64,000 nucleotides of DNA, taken from contig NC_086097.1 of NCBI RefSeq assembly GCF_963921235.1, forward strand, positions 179,430,001-179,494,000, read 5' to 3'. The stretch comes from Mobula hypostoma (taxonomy: Eukaryota). The position numbers and the translations under genes were made by a program. Positions within the stretch are counted from its first letter, which is position 1. Each line of letters begins with the position of its first letter. The notes under the pieces were generated by a model that was not told the origin of the DNA, did no database searches, and was given only the letters and a program-made list of their open reading frames with translations. Positions 50,821-62,216 of the stretch are shown here, one piece after another.

Positions 50821-52398
50821 ACCTGGTGCTAGAAAGTCTGTGATCCCTGTAAAATTTTCTCTATTTCTGCATAAATTTGACCTATAATGTGATCAGATCT
50901 TCATGTAAGTCCCAAAACTAGATAAAGAGAACCCAATTAAATAAATAACACAAAAATATTTTACTTGTTCATTTATTTATTGGGAAAATGATCCAATATT
51001 ATATGTATTCGTTGGAGTATGTGAACCTCTGGGGTAATGCCTTCTACAGAAGCTATTTGGAGTCAGGTGTTCCAATCAATGAGATGAGATTGGCGGTGTG
51101 GGTTGTAGAGGTGCCCTGCCCTGAAGAAAAGACACACAAAGTCAGGTTACTGACAGAGCCTTCTCTTCTCAAGAAAGATCTGTTTATGTGCACCAAACCT
51201 CAATCAAAACAATTTTCAGAGGGATTTTATAAGATTTGTAGAGTGCGCCAAGCTAGAAAAGGCTACAAAAGCACTGCTAAAGACCTGAGTGTTCATCAGT
51301 CCACATTAAGAGAAACTGTCTACAAATGGAGGAAACTCTGTACTGTTGCTACTCTCCCTATGAGTGGACATCCTGAAAAGATCACACCAAGAGCACAACG
51401 TGCAATGCTGAAGGAGGTGAAAAATAATCCAAGGGTAACGGAAAAGAGTTCTGCAGAAATCTCTAGAACTTGCTAAAGTCTCTGCTTGTGTGTCCACAAT
51501 AAAGAAAAACACTGAACAAGACTGGTTTTCATGAAGGACACCACGGAGGAAACCACTGCTCTCCAAAAAAAAACATTGCTGCACGTCTCAAGTTTCCGAA
51601 AGACCACCTGGATTTTCTACAGTGCTTCTGGGACAATGTTCTGTGGACAGACAAGACAAAAGTTGAACTTTTTGGCAGAAATGCACATGCTATGCTTGGA
51701 GAGAAAAGGGCAGAGCAGACGAACACCAAAACCTCGTCCCAACTGTCAGCATCATGGTTTGGGACCGCTTTGCTGCCTCAGGGTCTGGACAGCTTGCAAT
51801 CATTGAGGGAACAATGAATTCAAAATTGTATCAAGACATTTTACGGGAGATTGTCAGGATAGCAGTCTGGCACCTGAAACTTAGTAGAAGTCGAATGATG
51901 CAGCAAGACAATGATCCAAAACACAAAAGTAAATCAACAACAGAATGGTTAAAAAAAAAAGAAAATTCATGTTCTGGGATGGCCAAGTCAAAGTCCTGAC
52001 CTTAATCCTATAGAAATTTTCTGAAAGGACCTGAAGCAAGCGGTTCTCGTAAGGAAGCCAACCAGCATGCCAGAGTATAAGTAGTTTTGTAAGGAGGAAT
52101 GGCCTAAAATTCCTCCAAGCCATTGTGCAGGACTGATCGACACTTACTGGAAACGTGGTTGAAGTTATTGCTGTACAAGGGGGTTACACCAATTACTTTT
52201 TCCAATAAATACATGTAATATTGGATCATTTTTTGTAATAAATAAATGAACAAGTGTAATGCTTTTTGTGTTATTTATTTAATTGGGTTCCCTTTATCTA
52301 GTTTTAGGATATACTTGAAGATCTAATTACATTTTAGGTCATATTTATCCAGAAATAGAGAAAATTCTACAGGGTTCACAAACTTTCTAGCACCACTG
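50821..52398 (+). mobile_element. Tc1 DNA transposon, full length, inactive
   Basis: About 196-bp TIRs (50821-51016 and 52201-52398). The right end is CACCACTG followed by TA. The frameshifted transposase has GYKSTAKDL, WDNVLWTDKTK, MQQDNDPKH and SPDLNPIE (DD34E-type). Confidence 0.95.
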
Positions 52399-52589
52399 TA
52401 TATCCAACCTCAGAACCAAAATCAGATCTATCATTGCCTACTTAGACAGAGTCACAGAGCACTACAACACAGAAACAAGCCCCTTGGCCCACCTAGTCCA
52501 TGCCAAACTATTATTCTGCCTAGTTCCAAATCTGCAACTAGACCATTAGCCCTCCATACCCCTCCCAACTGTATACTTACCCAAACTCT

Positions 52590-53080
52590 GTCAATTGCGC
52601 GTGCACTCTCTCTCTCTTGCTCTCGGTGGGGAGAGTTTCCTGCTGATTCTCGAGTTGGAGAATCTGGAAATAAAAAGTGATGCAGCAGACTGTCACATCT
52701 TGACAGTGACTGTTAGTCTCCCCTTTCACTGTAAAATGTGTGACATCTCTCTGTCCCTTGTTAGTGAGAGGGAGAGCCTGTGGCATGTCGAACTGTCAGG
52801 TAAACAATAAATTTTATTGGTTCATGGTTTCTTTGGGGCTTTGATATTGCTTTGTGGGTGGTGGGCTCTGAGTCTTTCTTCTGAAATGGGTCAGAGAGGG
52901 GTGAGATTGATGCTTTGCTACATGCGAAGGGGGAGAGGGAGTTTTGTGGTTCCAATTATTTTCTGTCATTCATTCTTTGGGGTTGGCTTCTCTTTCCATG
53001 GATGTCTGTGAAGAGTAAGGATTTCAGGTTGTATATTCTATTAAAATGAAACCATTTATTAAAATAGAACCATTTGAACT
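52590..53080 (+). mobile_element. Unclassified non-coding retroposon-like insertion
   Basis: Splits a CR1 remnant (cttacccaaact | tctcttaagtgttgc) with a possible aact duplication. Related to 26442-26780. Confidence 0.6.
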
Positions 53081-53361
53081 TCTCTTAAGTGTTGCAATCA
53101 AATCCACATCCACCACTTCTGCTCACATCTTGTTCCACATTCCCACCACCCTCTGAATAAAGAAGTTCCATCTCGAGTTTCCCTTAAATCCTTCACCCTT
53201 CACCCTTAACATTTAATGTCTACTTCTAGTCTCAGCCAAGCCTTAGTGGAAAAAGCCTGATGGAATTTCCCCAATCTAAATCCCTTATAATTTTGTGAAC
53301 CTCTATCAAATCGCCCTTTATTTTCTTATTAGAAAGTTCACTCCATGATGATGTGAAATTT

Positions 53362-53616
53362 CAAACTAGAAAAAATCTGCAGATGCTGGAAATCCAAGCA
53401 ACATCCACAAAATGCTGGACGAACCAGACAGACCAGGCAGCATCAATGGAAAAGAGTACAGTCAACATTTTGTGCCGAGACCCTTCATCAGGACTGGAGA
53501 AGAAAGGAGAAATTTCTCATCGCTTTTCCAGTCCAAAATGAAGGGTCTCAGCCCAAAACGTCAACTTTCCATAAATGCTGCCTGACCTGCTGAGTTCCTC
53601 TAGCATTTTGTGTATG
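53362..53616. mobile_element. Penelope-derived foldback element with two inverted hammerhead-like motifs
   Basis: Inverted arms, motifs at about 53459-53496 (-) and 53529-53566 (+), and a degenerate TSD gatgtgaaattt / gatgtaaaattt. Confidence 0.8.
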
Positions 53617-54217
53617 GATGTAAAATTTGATGCTTTGTGGCAGCAGTACAGTGCAGTCATAAAATTAGTGTGAATTACAAACTCAATGAACAGTGTAAAA
53701 AAAAGGTTATGTTTATAGACAGTTCAGAAATCTGATGGTGGAGAGAAAGAGGCTGTTCCTGAATCATTGAGTGTGGGTCTTCAGGTTCCTGTACCTGTTG
53801 CCCAGTAGTAGTAACCAGAAGGTATGTCCTGGACAGTGAGGATCCTTAGTGATGAAAGCCGTCTAGAGCTAATACTCTCTAAACCAGCCAGCATCCTGTT
53901 GAACCTCTTCTGTACCCACTCTGAAACCTACACAACCTCCTATAATGGAGTGACCAAAACTGTATACAATGTTCCAAATGTGGGCAGACCAAAGTTTTAT
54001 ACAGTTGCAACATGACCCGCCAACCTCCGGAGGAAATATTCTGTTTATCTATTTTGGATCTGCTCTTTATTTCTCCAACTGGGAAGGGTGATTGATGCTT
54101 TCATAGTACTGTGTACCAATTCCAGTTCATTCAGTTCTACTTTGCAAAATCCAGATGCTAAATGTCGGTAGTTTCCATTTTAAGGGTCTAATAATTAATT
54201 TTTGGACTACTTTCCAG

Positions 54218-54341
54218 ATGTATAATTTCACCAACTTTGCAATGTCATTAAATGAACTGGATAAAGAAATGGAGAATGTCATTGCCCCTACTGACTGCCG
54301 TCTGCGACCTGACATTAAAGCAATGGAAAATGGAGATATAG
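54218..54341 (+). CDS. OSBPL1A: OSBPL1A coding exon
   Basis: ttccag| and G|gtatga; 124 nt; MYNFTNFAMSLNELDKEMENVIAPTDCRLRPDIKAMENGDI, containing the PTDxRxRPD motif. Confidence 0.98.
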
Positions 54342-55492
54342 GTATGATCAGGTATAAAGTTACATAGAAAAGGAAAGTAGTCTTCATTATTACTATATTC
54401 TGAGCAGCAGGATTGAAGTCAATGAAGTTTGAACGTCTACGGTAAATAATTGGAATTGGTTTATTTATTCTCAGGTTCCAAGACACAGTGAAAAGCTTGA
54501 TTTGCGTAAGGTTCATTTAGATCAAATCATTACAAACTGTGCAATCATTTGGAAACAAATACAATTGTTGTTGCAAGGATGGCGGGGAGTGGTGGGAGAA
54601 CAGGTTCAAGGTAGGAAATCTGGCCAGGGTACGGGATAAGACCCGTCCACATCTGAGATCATTGTATTTTCCCGATATACTCCCTCATTGTTGCAATTTT
54701 TATTTATGCAGTTAATCTAGGCATTTGCAAATTCATAATTAGTTACACCGCACAAAAACAGATCCTTCAGCCCAACATGTTTGTGCAAACCAAGTTGCCT
54801 ACCTGAGTCCCATGTGCCTGCATTTGGCCCTTTCCGCCTGTACTTGTGCATTTGACAACAAACTCAACTTTGATCCTCTCACCTGTCCAATTGCCTTTCA
54901 AAGACTGTAACCTTACCTGCCTCTACCACTTCGTCTGGCAGCTTGTTGCATGTACCCACCACCCTCTTTGAAAACGTTGCCCCTCAGGCTCCCTTTAACT
55001 CTTCTGCCTCTCATTTTAAACCCATGCCCTGTAGTTTTCGACTCCCCTGCCCTGGGGGAAAAAGACTGTGCCCCTCATTTTATAAACCTCTTTAAGGTTA
55101 CCCTTTACCCTCCTTCACTCCAGTCTCTCCTGATAATTCAAGCCTTCCAGTCCCAGCAACATCCTTGTGAATCTTTTCTAGCCTGATAACTTTCTAACAG
55201 TGGGATAGAAGACCTACTTGAGGTTGGTGGTTCGTGCTTTCAAGCTTTAGTATCTTCAGCACAATGGGAGGGGGAGACGAGCAAAGTCTGGGTTGGATGG
55301 AGTCTTTGATTCTCTTGGCTGCTTTATTAAGGCAGCGAGAAGTGTAGACAGAAGCCTACAGAAAAGCAAGCACTCTGCTACCCTGTGAGTTTGCATTCAA
55401 ATTTTCATCCCTTTCCCCATTCTCTGACCTTAACTCCTCTCTGCTTCTGATCAGAGTACAGTTGGATTTATGCTCAGCTATGTGATGTCTTC

Positions 55493-55700
55493 GGCTGGTG
55501 GCGCAGTGACATCAGTGCCGGACTCCGGAGCAAAGGTTCCCGAGTTCGAGTCGAGTCGGGCCGGGCCGCTCCCTGGCATGCTGTCCATCCGTGCCCGGTT
55601 GAGTGTCGAACTCGCAACTCAGCCTCGTAAAAAAACACTGCACTGTGAGAAGGACATGGGGGACCACGCACAGAATCTTTCCTCCAAGACAACCACTTGA
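55493..55700 (+). mobile_element. tRNA-derived SINE
   Basis: ggctggTGGCGCAGTGAcatcagtgccggactccgg...gaGTTCGAGTC (A and B boxes), CpG-rich. Confidence 0.75.
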
Positions 55701-57101
55701 AAAAGAGTGGTCGCTGAGGCTCTGGCAGAGTATAGCACACACAAAAAAAGTGATCTCTATGGTAAAATCCATGTATTCCAGCAATTTGAAGATTGTATCA
55801 ATCGTCCTAATTTGCAGATTAAAAACAAATTAATTGACACGGTGATGTTTAGTAATTACATTGCATTTACTTTCTTTGCCACCTGTCTGTCGGTACTTGA
55901 AACGAGAATGAAGTCACATCAGAAGACAGAACAGGTTTGTGATAAGTGGTGCTGCTGTGTACCAACTCTTTATAGTATTGATATTCAAACCAGTTACTCT
56001 CCTGCAAGCGAGTTAAATCTGATGAAAGAGTTGTAGAGCATTACAGCATGGATACAGGTTCTTGGGCCCAGCTGGACCATGCCCATCCAGCTAGCCCCTA
56101 TTTCCTGGGTTCATCTCACATCCCATCCCTCTATGTACCTATCCAAGTGCAAGTTCTACTATTGTTTGTCTCAACCACTTCCTCTGGCACCTCTTTTCAT
56201 ACACTCACCAGCCTCTTGTGTGGCAAACGTTACTCTCCTTGAGTCCATTTAAAAACTTTTCTGTCTCACCCTAACTCTGTGTCCCCGAGTTGTGGACTGT
56301 CCTGCCCTGGGGAAAGGACTGTTACCACCCACTTTATCTATGCCTTTCATCACTTCGGAATCAGGTTTATTATCTCTAACATATGTCCTGAAACGTTTTG
56401 TTTTGCAGCAGCAGTACATGAAGTACAAAAAAATGCCATTAGTTACCATAAGAAATATACATTAAAAAAGTGGATAAACAGAGAGGTAGTCTTCACGGGT
56501 TCACAGACTGTTCAGAAATCTGAAGGAGGAGGGGAAGAAGATGTTACTAAAACTTTGAGGCCTCAGGCACCTGTACCTCCTCCCTGATGGTAGTAATGAG
56601 AAGAGGGCATGTCCTGGGTGGTGAGGGTCCTTAATGATGGACGTCACTTTGAGGTGTTGCCCTTTGAAGGTGATTCTTTGATTACAGTATGTACACTTCT
56701 ATAAAGATGCCCCTGATTCTCCTGCATTCGAAGAACTGGTTTGTTACAGTAACATTAGCAGTAATCTTGTCAACTGGATCACCTGGAACAAAGGAGCATC
56801 ATCTCCCCCTCTGTGTGTCACAGCAGTGATCTGTATGCACAGCCATGTTAGAAGTTAATTAATTCAGGAGAATTAAAAGCATTAACATAGTTGTTTACAG
56901 AAAGTGACTGTATTTAAAGTGGCAATTACCTGTGGAAGAGCTGAAAATCGCCTTTTTCATTATCCTGTTTGGTGCTGTCATGAGACGAATGGATAATTGC
57001 TGAAAGATTGAGCACTAGAGTTGGGGGGCACTCATTTTCCTTCAATCTGCAGCTCCCTTTTGTTTACTGTGAGAGCTCATGTGAACGTTCCTGTTCTGCA
57101 G

Positions 57102-57192
57102 ATTTAGCCAGTGAAGAGAAGAAGAGATTGGAAGAAAAGCAAAGAGCTGCTCGCAAACACCGAGCCAAGACAGACACTGAATGGAAAATCAA
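57102..57192 (+). CDS. OSBPL1A: OSBPL1A coding exon, near the C-terminus
   Basis: ctgcag| and AA|gttagt; 91 nt; (D)LASEEKKRLEEKQRAARKHRAKTDTEWKI, containing the KxRLEEKQR motif. Confidence 0.97.
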
Positions 57193-57936
57193 GTTAGTAT
57201 TGAATTTTCTTGCTTTATGACCTAGTCATTATTGAAGCTTAAGGAGAGAATTAAGACCTTCTCCCCTACATTTGTATTAAATCCAACTTTATACTGAGTG
57301 TGGATCCTTAGTGTGTTAGGATTCAAATAGTGTTTGTATATATTGGTGTTGATGACTTGAAGTAATTGCCATCCTGTATGTTAGAGTCAGACAGCATGGA
57401 AATGGGCGTTTCAACCTGACTGGTCTATGCCGACCAAGATGCCCATCTGTAAATTTCATATGCTTATAGTCCTGTCAATTTTCCCTATCCATGTACCTGT
57501 CCAAATGTTGTGTTAATGTACCTTTCTCAGGCAGCTTGTTCTTGATACGGACTACACTCTGGATGAAAACATTGCCCCTCGAGTTCTTAGTAAATCTCTT
57601 CCATCACCTCAATACTGTGCTCTCTAGTTCTTGATTCCCCATCCTAAGGACAAAGAATGTTTTCTTCCTACCTATGCTGCACATAATTATATACACCTCT
57701 GTAAAATTACGCTTCACTCTCCTATGCTCCAAAAATAATTGTCCCAACCTGCTCAATGTCTCTCCATAACTCAGTCCCTCAAATATCTTCATAAGTGTCC
57801 TCTGCATTCTTTCCAGCTTATTGGCATATTTCCTTTAGCTGGGTGACCAAAACTGAACACAATACTCCAAATATGGTTTCACCAATATCTTATACAATTG
57901 TGACATAACACTACAAAATCTATACTTACTGCCCAA

Positions 57937-58081
57937 AATACTCTGCAGATGCTGGGGTCAAAGCAACACTCACAACATGCTAGAGGAACTCAGCAGGTCG
58001 GGCAGCATCTGTGGAAACATTGACTGATCGTTTCCACGGATGCTGCCCAACCTGCTGAGTTCCTCCAGCGTGTTGTGAGTG
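57937..58081. mobile_element. Penelope-derived foldback element with a perfect 15-bp TSD
   Basis: atacttactgcccaa at 57922-57936 and 58082-58096. 52-bp inverted arms at 57967-58018 and 58030-58081. Confidence 0.9.
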
Positions 58082-60218
58082 ATACTTACTGCCCAACTGA
58101 TGAAGGCCATTGCGCCAAAGCCGCCTTCACCAGCCTATCTACCTGTCACACCAGCCCCTGGGAACCATAAACTAGCACTGCTAGGTCCCCTCTGTTCTAC
58201 AGTGCTTCCCAATGTTCATGAAAACCCTACCCTGATGTCTCTTCCCAAAGTGCAACACAGCTTTGCAGTATAACGTGCTCAGGTTTGATTTATTTTTAGA
58301 TGCATTAACAGACTTGTACATCTGCAGGCTCTTGAGGTTAGTTAGATCGGCATCGTGGTCAGTGCTGAGGGCCTCTTCCTGCACTGTACTGTTTTATATT
58401 ACCTTCTCCAGTTCCTACACTTGTTGAGATATTTTCACAGGTGGAGAGTCCCAAACAAGGCAAGCGTGATTTGGGGGAGCTGTACAGATGGGATAGATAG
58501 CCAGAGTCTTTTTCCATGTAAGAGTGATTAAAGCAAGGGCAGAGCTTTAACATGAGCGGGGGTAGGTTTGAAGCTGATCTGAAGGGTAAACTTTTCCAAG
58601 TGGTTGATATCTAGAATGAGAAGGTGATGGAGACAAGAACAGTAGCAACATCTGTCCTTATGGAACAGAGATAAGGAGGACTCTGTTTAGCCAAAGGGTG
58701 GTGAATCTGTGGAATTCATTGCCACAGAGGGCTGAGGGGGCCAAGTCACTGGGTATGTTTAAAGCAAAGGTTGATAGGTTCCTGATTAGTAAGGGCCTCA
58801 AAGGTCAGGGAAGGCAGGAGAGTAGGGTTGAGAGGAATGATAAATCCGCTGTGATGGAATGGCAGAGCAGACCTCATGAGCCAAATGACCTAATTCTGCT
58901 CCTGTATGTTAAGGTCTTTAAAGGGTATCTGGACAGGTACATAAATGAGCAGAGCGCATGGAGTTAGTATAGATAGGCATGATGGTCAGCAATGGCTAAA
59001 GTGCCTTTTTCTATGCTGTTACAACTCTGGCTGTATTATAGACAGTAGATGCAGGAGTAGGCCATTCAGCCCTTTGAGCCAGCACCGCCATTCACTGTGA
59101 TCATGTCTGATCATCCATAGTCAGTACCTCGTTCCTGCCTTCTCTCCATATCCCTTGACTCTACTATCATTAAGAGCTCTATCTAACAATTTCTTGAAAA
59201 CACCCAGAGAATTGGTCTCCACTGCCTTCTGAGGCAGAGCATTCCACAGATCCACAACTCTCTGGGTGAAAAAGTTTTTCCTCAATTAGAGGAGTTGAGG
59301 CCAGCGTAGATTAACCATGATCATTATTGAATAGTGGGGCAGGCTTGAGTGACCTGCTCCTATTGTGTTCTTAAGCTGTAATTTATCTTATAGAAACCAG
59401 GCTGTTACAGTAGCATACCAGGGCATGCATTACAGCTCCAGAGACTTGGATACGTTCTTGGCACCTGGCGTTGCCTACGTGCAGATTCCACATCGATCCT
59501 GTGACTGCATGGGCTTTCCCTGGGAGCTCCAGTTTCCTCCCACATCCCAAATACTTGCTGGTTTGTAGGTTAACTGTAACGTACCATTAGTCTAGCTAGG
59601 TAACGAGAGAATCAAGAGGTTGATGAGCCTGGGGGAGAGTGGGTTACAGGGCAATAAATGGGGTAATTGGTTTACATCGAGGAATTACAAAAGGAGAACA
59701 GAATATTGAAATCACTGACATATACTGTGAAATTTGTTACTGTTAGAGAGCAGTGCAGATACACAAATGAAGTGCAAGGGCCACGATGAGGTGGGAGATC
59801 AGGTTCATCTTTATCCTTTAATAGGTCCATTCAAGAGTCTCAGAGTGAGATGGTGAACGAGCAGGAAACCTTTATGTCATAAGAAAATATGATAATGTGA
59901 TTTGATATTCTTTAGAAGTCATGACATGAATATGTAGATTTAATATTGTTGTGACCAATGTCGCATTAACCTTGAACTTGGACCTGAAGTATGCATATTA
60001 CTTAGCACAATCCGAGTCCAGAGTACCTGCTGAATACCTCATCACATCCACTCGGAAGGACTCTAACTTTCATCACACATCCAAAGTTGCAATTTAGATT
60101 TTCTTTATTCATACATTTGAAGGTTTGAACGTGTTGCTTGCCTGTTCAGCAGAAAAATGGTCAAATGTTTCAAATGTTATCTAACAATCTTTGCTTCTCT
60201 CTACTGTTACCCCCAAAG

Positions 60219-60242
60219 GAACCAGTTGGCAGAGGGGCCCAG
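60219..60242 (+). CDS. OSBPL1A: Candidate 24-nt alternative microexon of OSBPL1A
   Basis: CTAAC branch-point-like motif at 60181, pyrimidine tract, ccccaaag| acceptor and CAG|gtttgg donor. Phase 2-2, open frame (K)NQLAEGP(R), in TE-free sequence. Confidence 0.55.
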
Positions 60243-61434
60243 GTTTGGCTTGTTTGCACATTGTTTGCTGTGTTTTAAATGCTTGGATTAACATTCACAA
60301 CTTTTGAAATGAACACTACAATCCAAACCTAATTCTCGACGAAATGTATGGCCACACTTACTCAAAATAGACCTGACCAAAACCAGTTCTTATTGAAGAA
60401 TAGAGGTGATTGACATAATTTATATTTCATCCTACCCATCAAAATGGCAAACTGCAAAATGATGTCCATTTGGTTTCAAAATGCTCCCTGATTTGAGTTA
60501 AATTTTGAGTGAAAAATGACACCCTGTTTAATGGAGTTTGTCAGTGCAGGTCACATTTAAAAGGCTCTCATTTGTGGAGAAATTAAATAACAGAAACAGG
60601 CCATTCAGTCCAACTTACTGAACAGTATGGCACTGGAAAGGCCATTCAGCCCACAATGTTGTACTGATCTGGATACCAATTTATACCAAATGCCCTCCTC
60701 AGTATCATCCATATCCCTCCATTCACTTCATATTTATGTGTCTGTCCAACAGCCTCTTAAATTTCACCCAATTGCTTGCTTCCACTTCTACCCCTAGTAA
60801 CCCATTCTCAGCACCTACCACTCTCTGTATTAAAAAAATCTTGCCCCTCACATTACCTTTAAACTTTCCCCCTCTTAACTTTAAGAACATGTCCTCTAGT
60901 GTTGGACATTTCTACCCTGGGGATAAAATTCTTTCCCCCCTTTCTATGCTTCATATTATTTTAAAAACTTCCATTAGGTCTTCCCTCAGTCTCTTCTGCA
61001 CCCTTTCCAGAGTCTCCACTTTTTTCCTATAATGGTATGACCAGGAACTGCACACAACACTCCAAGTGTGGCCTGACTTTTTTTAACAGTTATAGCTGTC
61101 ACACACAAAAACCTTCCCATCCTGCTCCATCTGCTTGTACACACAGTTTGTCCTAAGACCTTCTAGCCAGAATTACACAAAACCCTGGTTAGACCACACC
61201 TGGAGGCTGGCCAGATCAAGACACTAGTCAGGAAGGGTATATATTTTTTTGTTCCACCCTCAAGTTTACCCAGCTTTATAATCATCTCTGCTACTCGTCT
61301 CAACTACTCCTTGTGGCAGCAAGTCCCACATTTTAATCACTAATCTGGATGGAGAAGTTTCTCCCAACTATCCCACTGGATGTATTCCTAACATTATGGG
61401 TCTTCGCTTTGGTTAATTCTCACAATTTCAAGTA

Positions 61435-62216
61435 CGGTAGATTCTGGTTAATTGGGGCAGACATTTATTTGGGATAGCTTTTAACAAAAACTAAACCAAG
61501 AAAATAGCCGGAATTCCCTTCATTTATTAAGGTCACTATGCCACTTAACTGAGCAGAAAACTGTTGCTGAGCAGTTTCTAACTAGCGTCAGTCGGGTGCA
61601 CTTGTATGATCTTGGACACCACACCGTGCTTAGAGCAATCAGTTTTTAAACAGTCTCAGTTGTATGTGTTTGTGTTCAAAAAGCAGCTATTTTTGTCACT
61701 GATAGCTGGCAAGAAATAAGTAGTAGACAACTCCAAACTGTTTTACTCACTGTGGTTTCAAGCATTCAGACTTAGAGAATCCAGAAACGACTGGGGTGAA
61801 AATGACACTATTTCACTACTTCAGCAAGTTAGGAATTATGAAGAATTGGAAGGTACCAACAATCATCTTGAATGTTTAAATGAAAACGTAGATTTGGAGG
61901 ATGTAATCATTTAAAGCATTGCATAAAGGCAATCTATCATTATCTGCTTAAGGTGCCTGTGCTGATTTGTTCATTTACAATTAATCAAAAGAACATGGCA
62001 GATGAATTCTTCCAGCAAGTTTTATAGCACTGTAGAGGTATTAGTAGTATTCTCATTTGCTCTGTATTTCATTTAAATACATAAATTATTACTCAGTTAA
62101 ATAGTAGCTTGCCTTTTTTTTTATACCTTTTAACTATTTCCATAACACTTAGGCTAATTGAGACAGCTGTTTAATTGGGCCAAAAGGTATGTGTCCTAAT
62201 TAACTGGAATCTACTG
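61435..62216 (+). mobile_element. pogo/Tigger-type non-autonomous DNA transposon, 782 bp
   Basis: TA|CGGTAGATTCTGGTTAATTGGGGCA ... TGTCCTAATTAACTGGAATCTACTG|TA, i.e. TIRs with a TA TSD. Internal remnant NCFTHCGFKHSDLE resembles the pogo TIxNCFxxxGF motif. Confidence 0.85.

Noticed and set aside
55493..55570. tRNA gene
   Set aside because: It has A and B boxes but no convincing cloverleaf, continues into a SINE body, and a related copy lies at 21645-21903.
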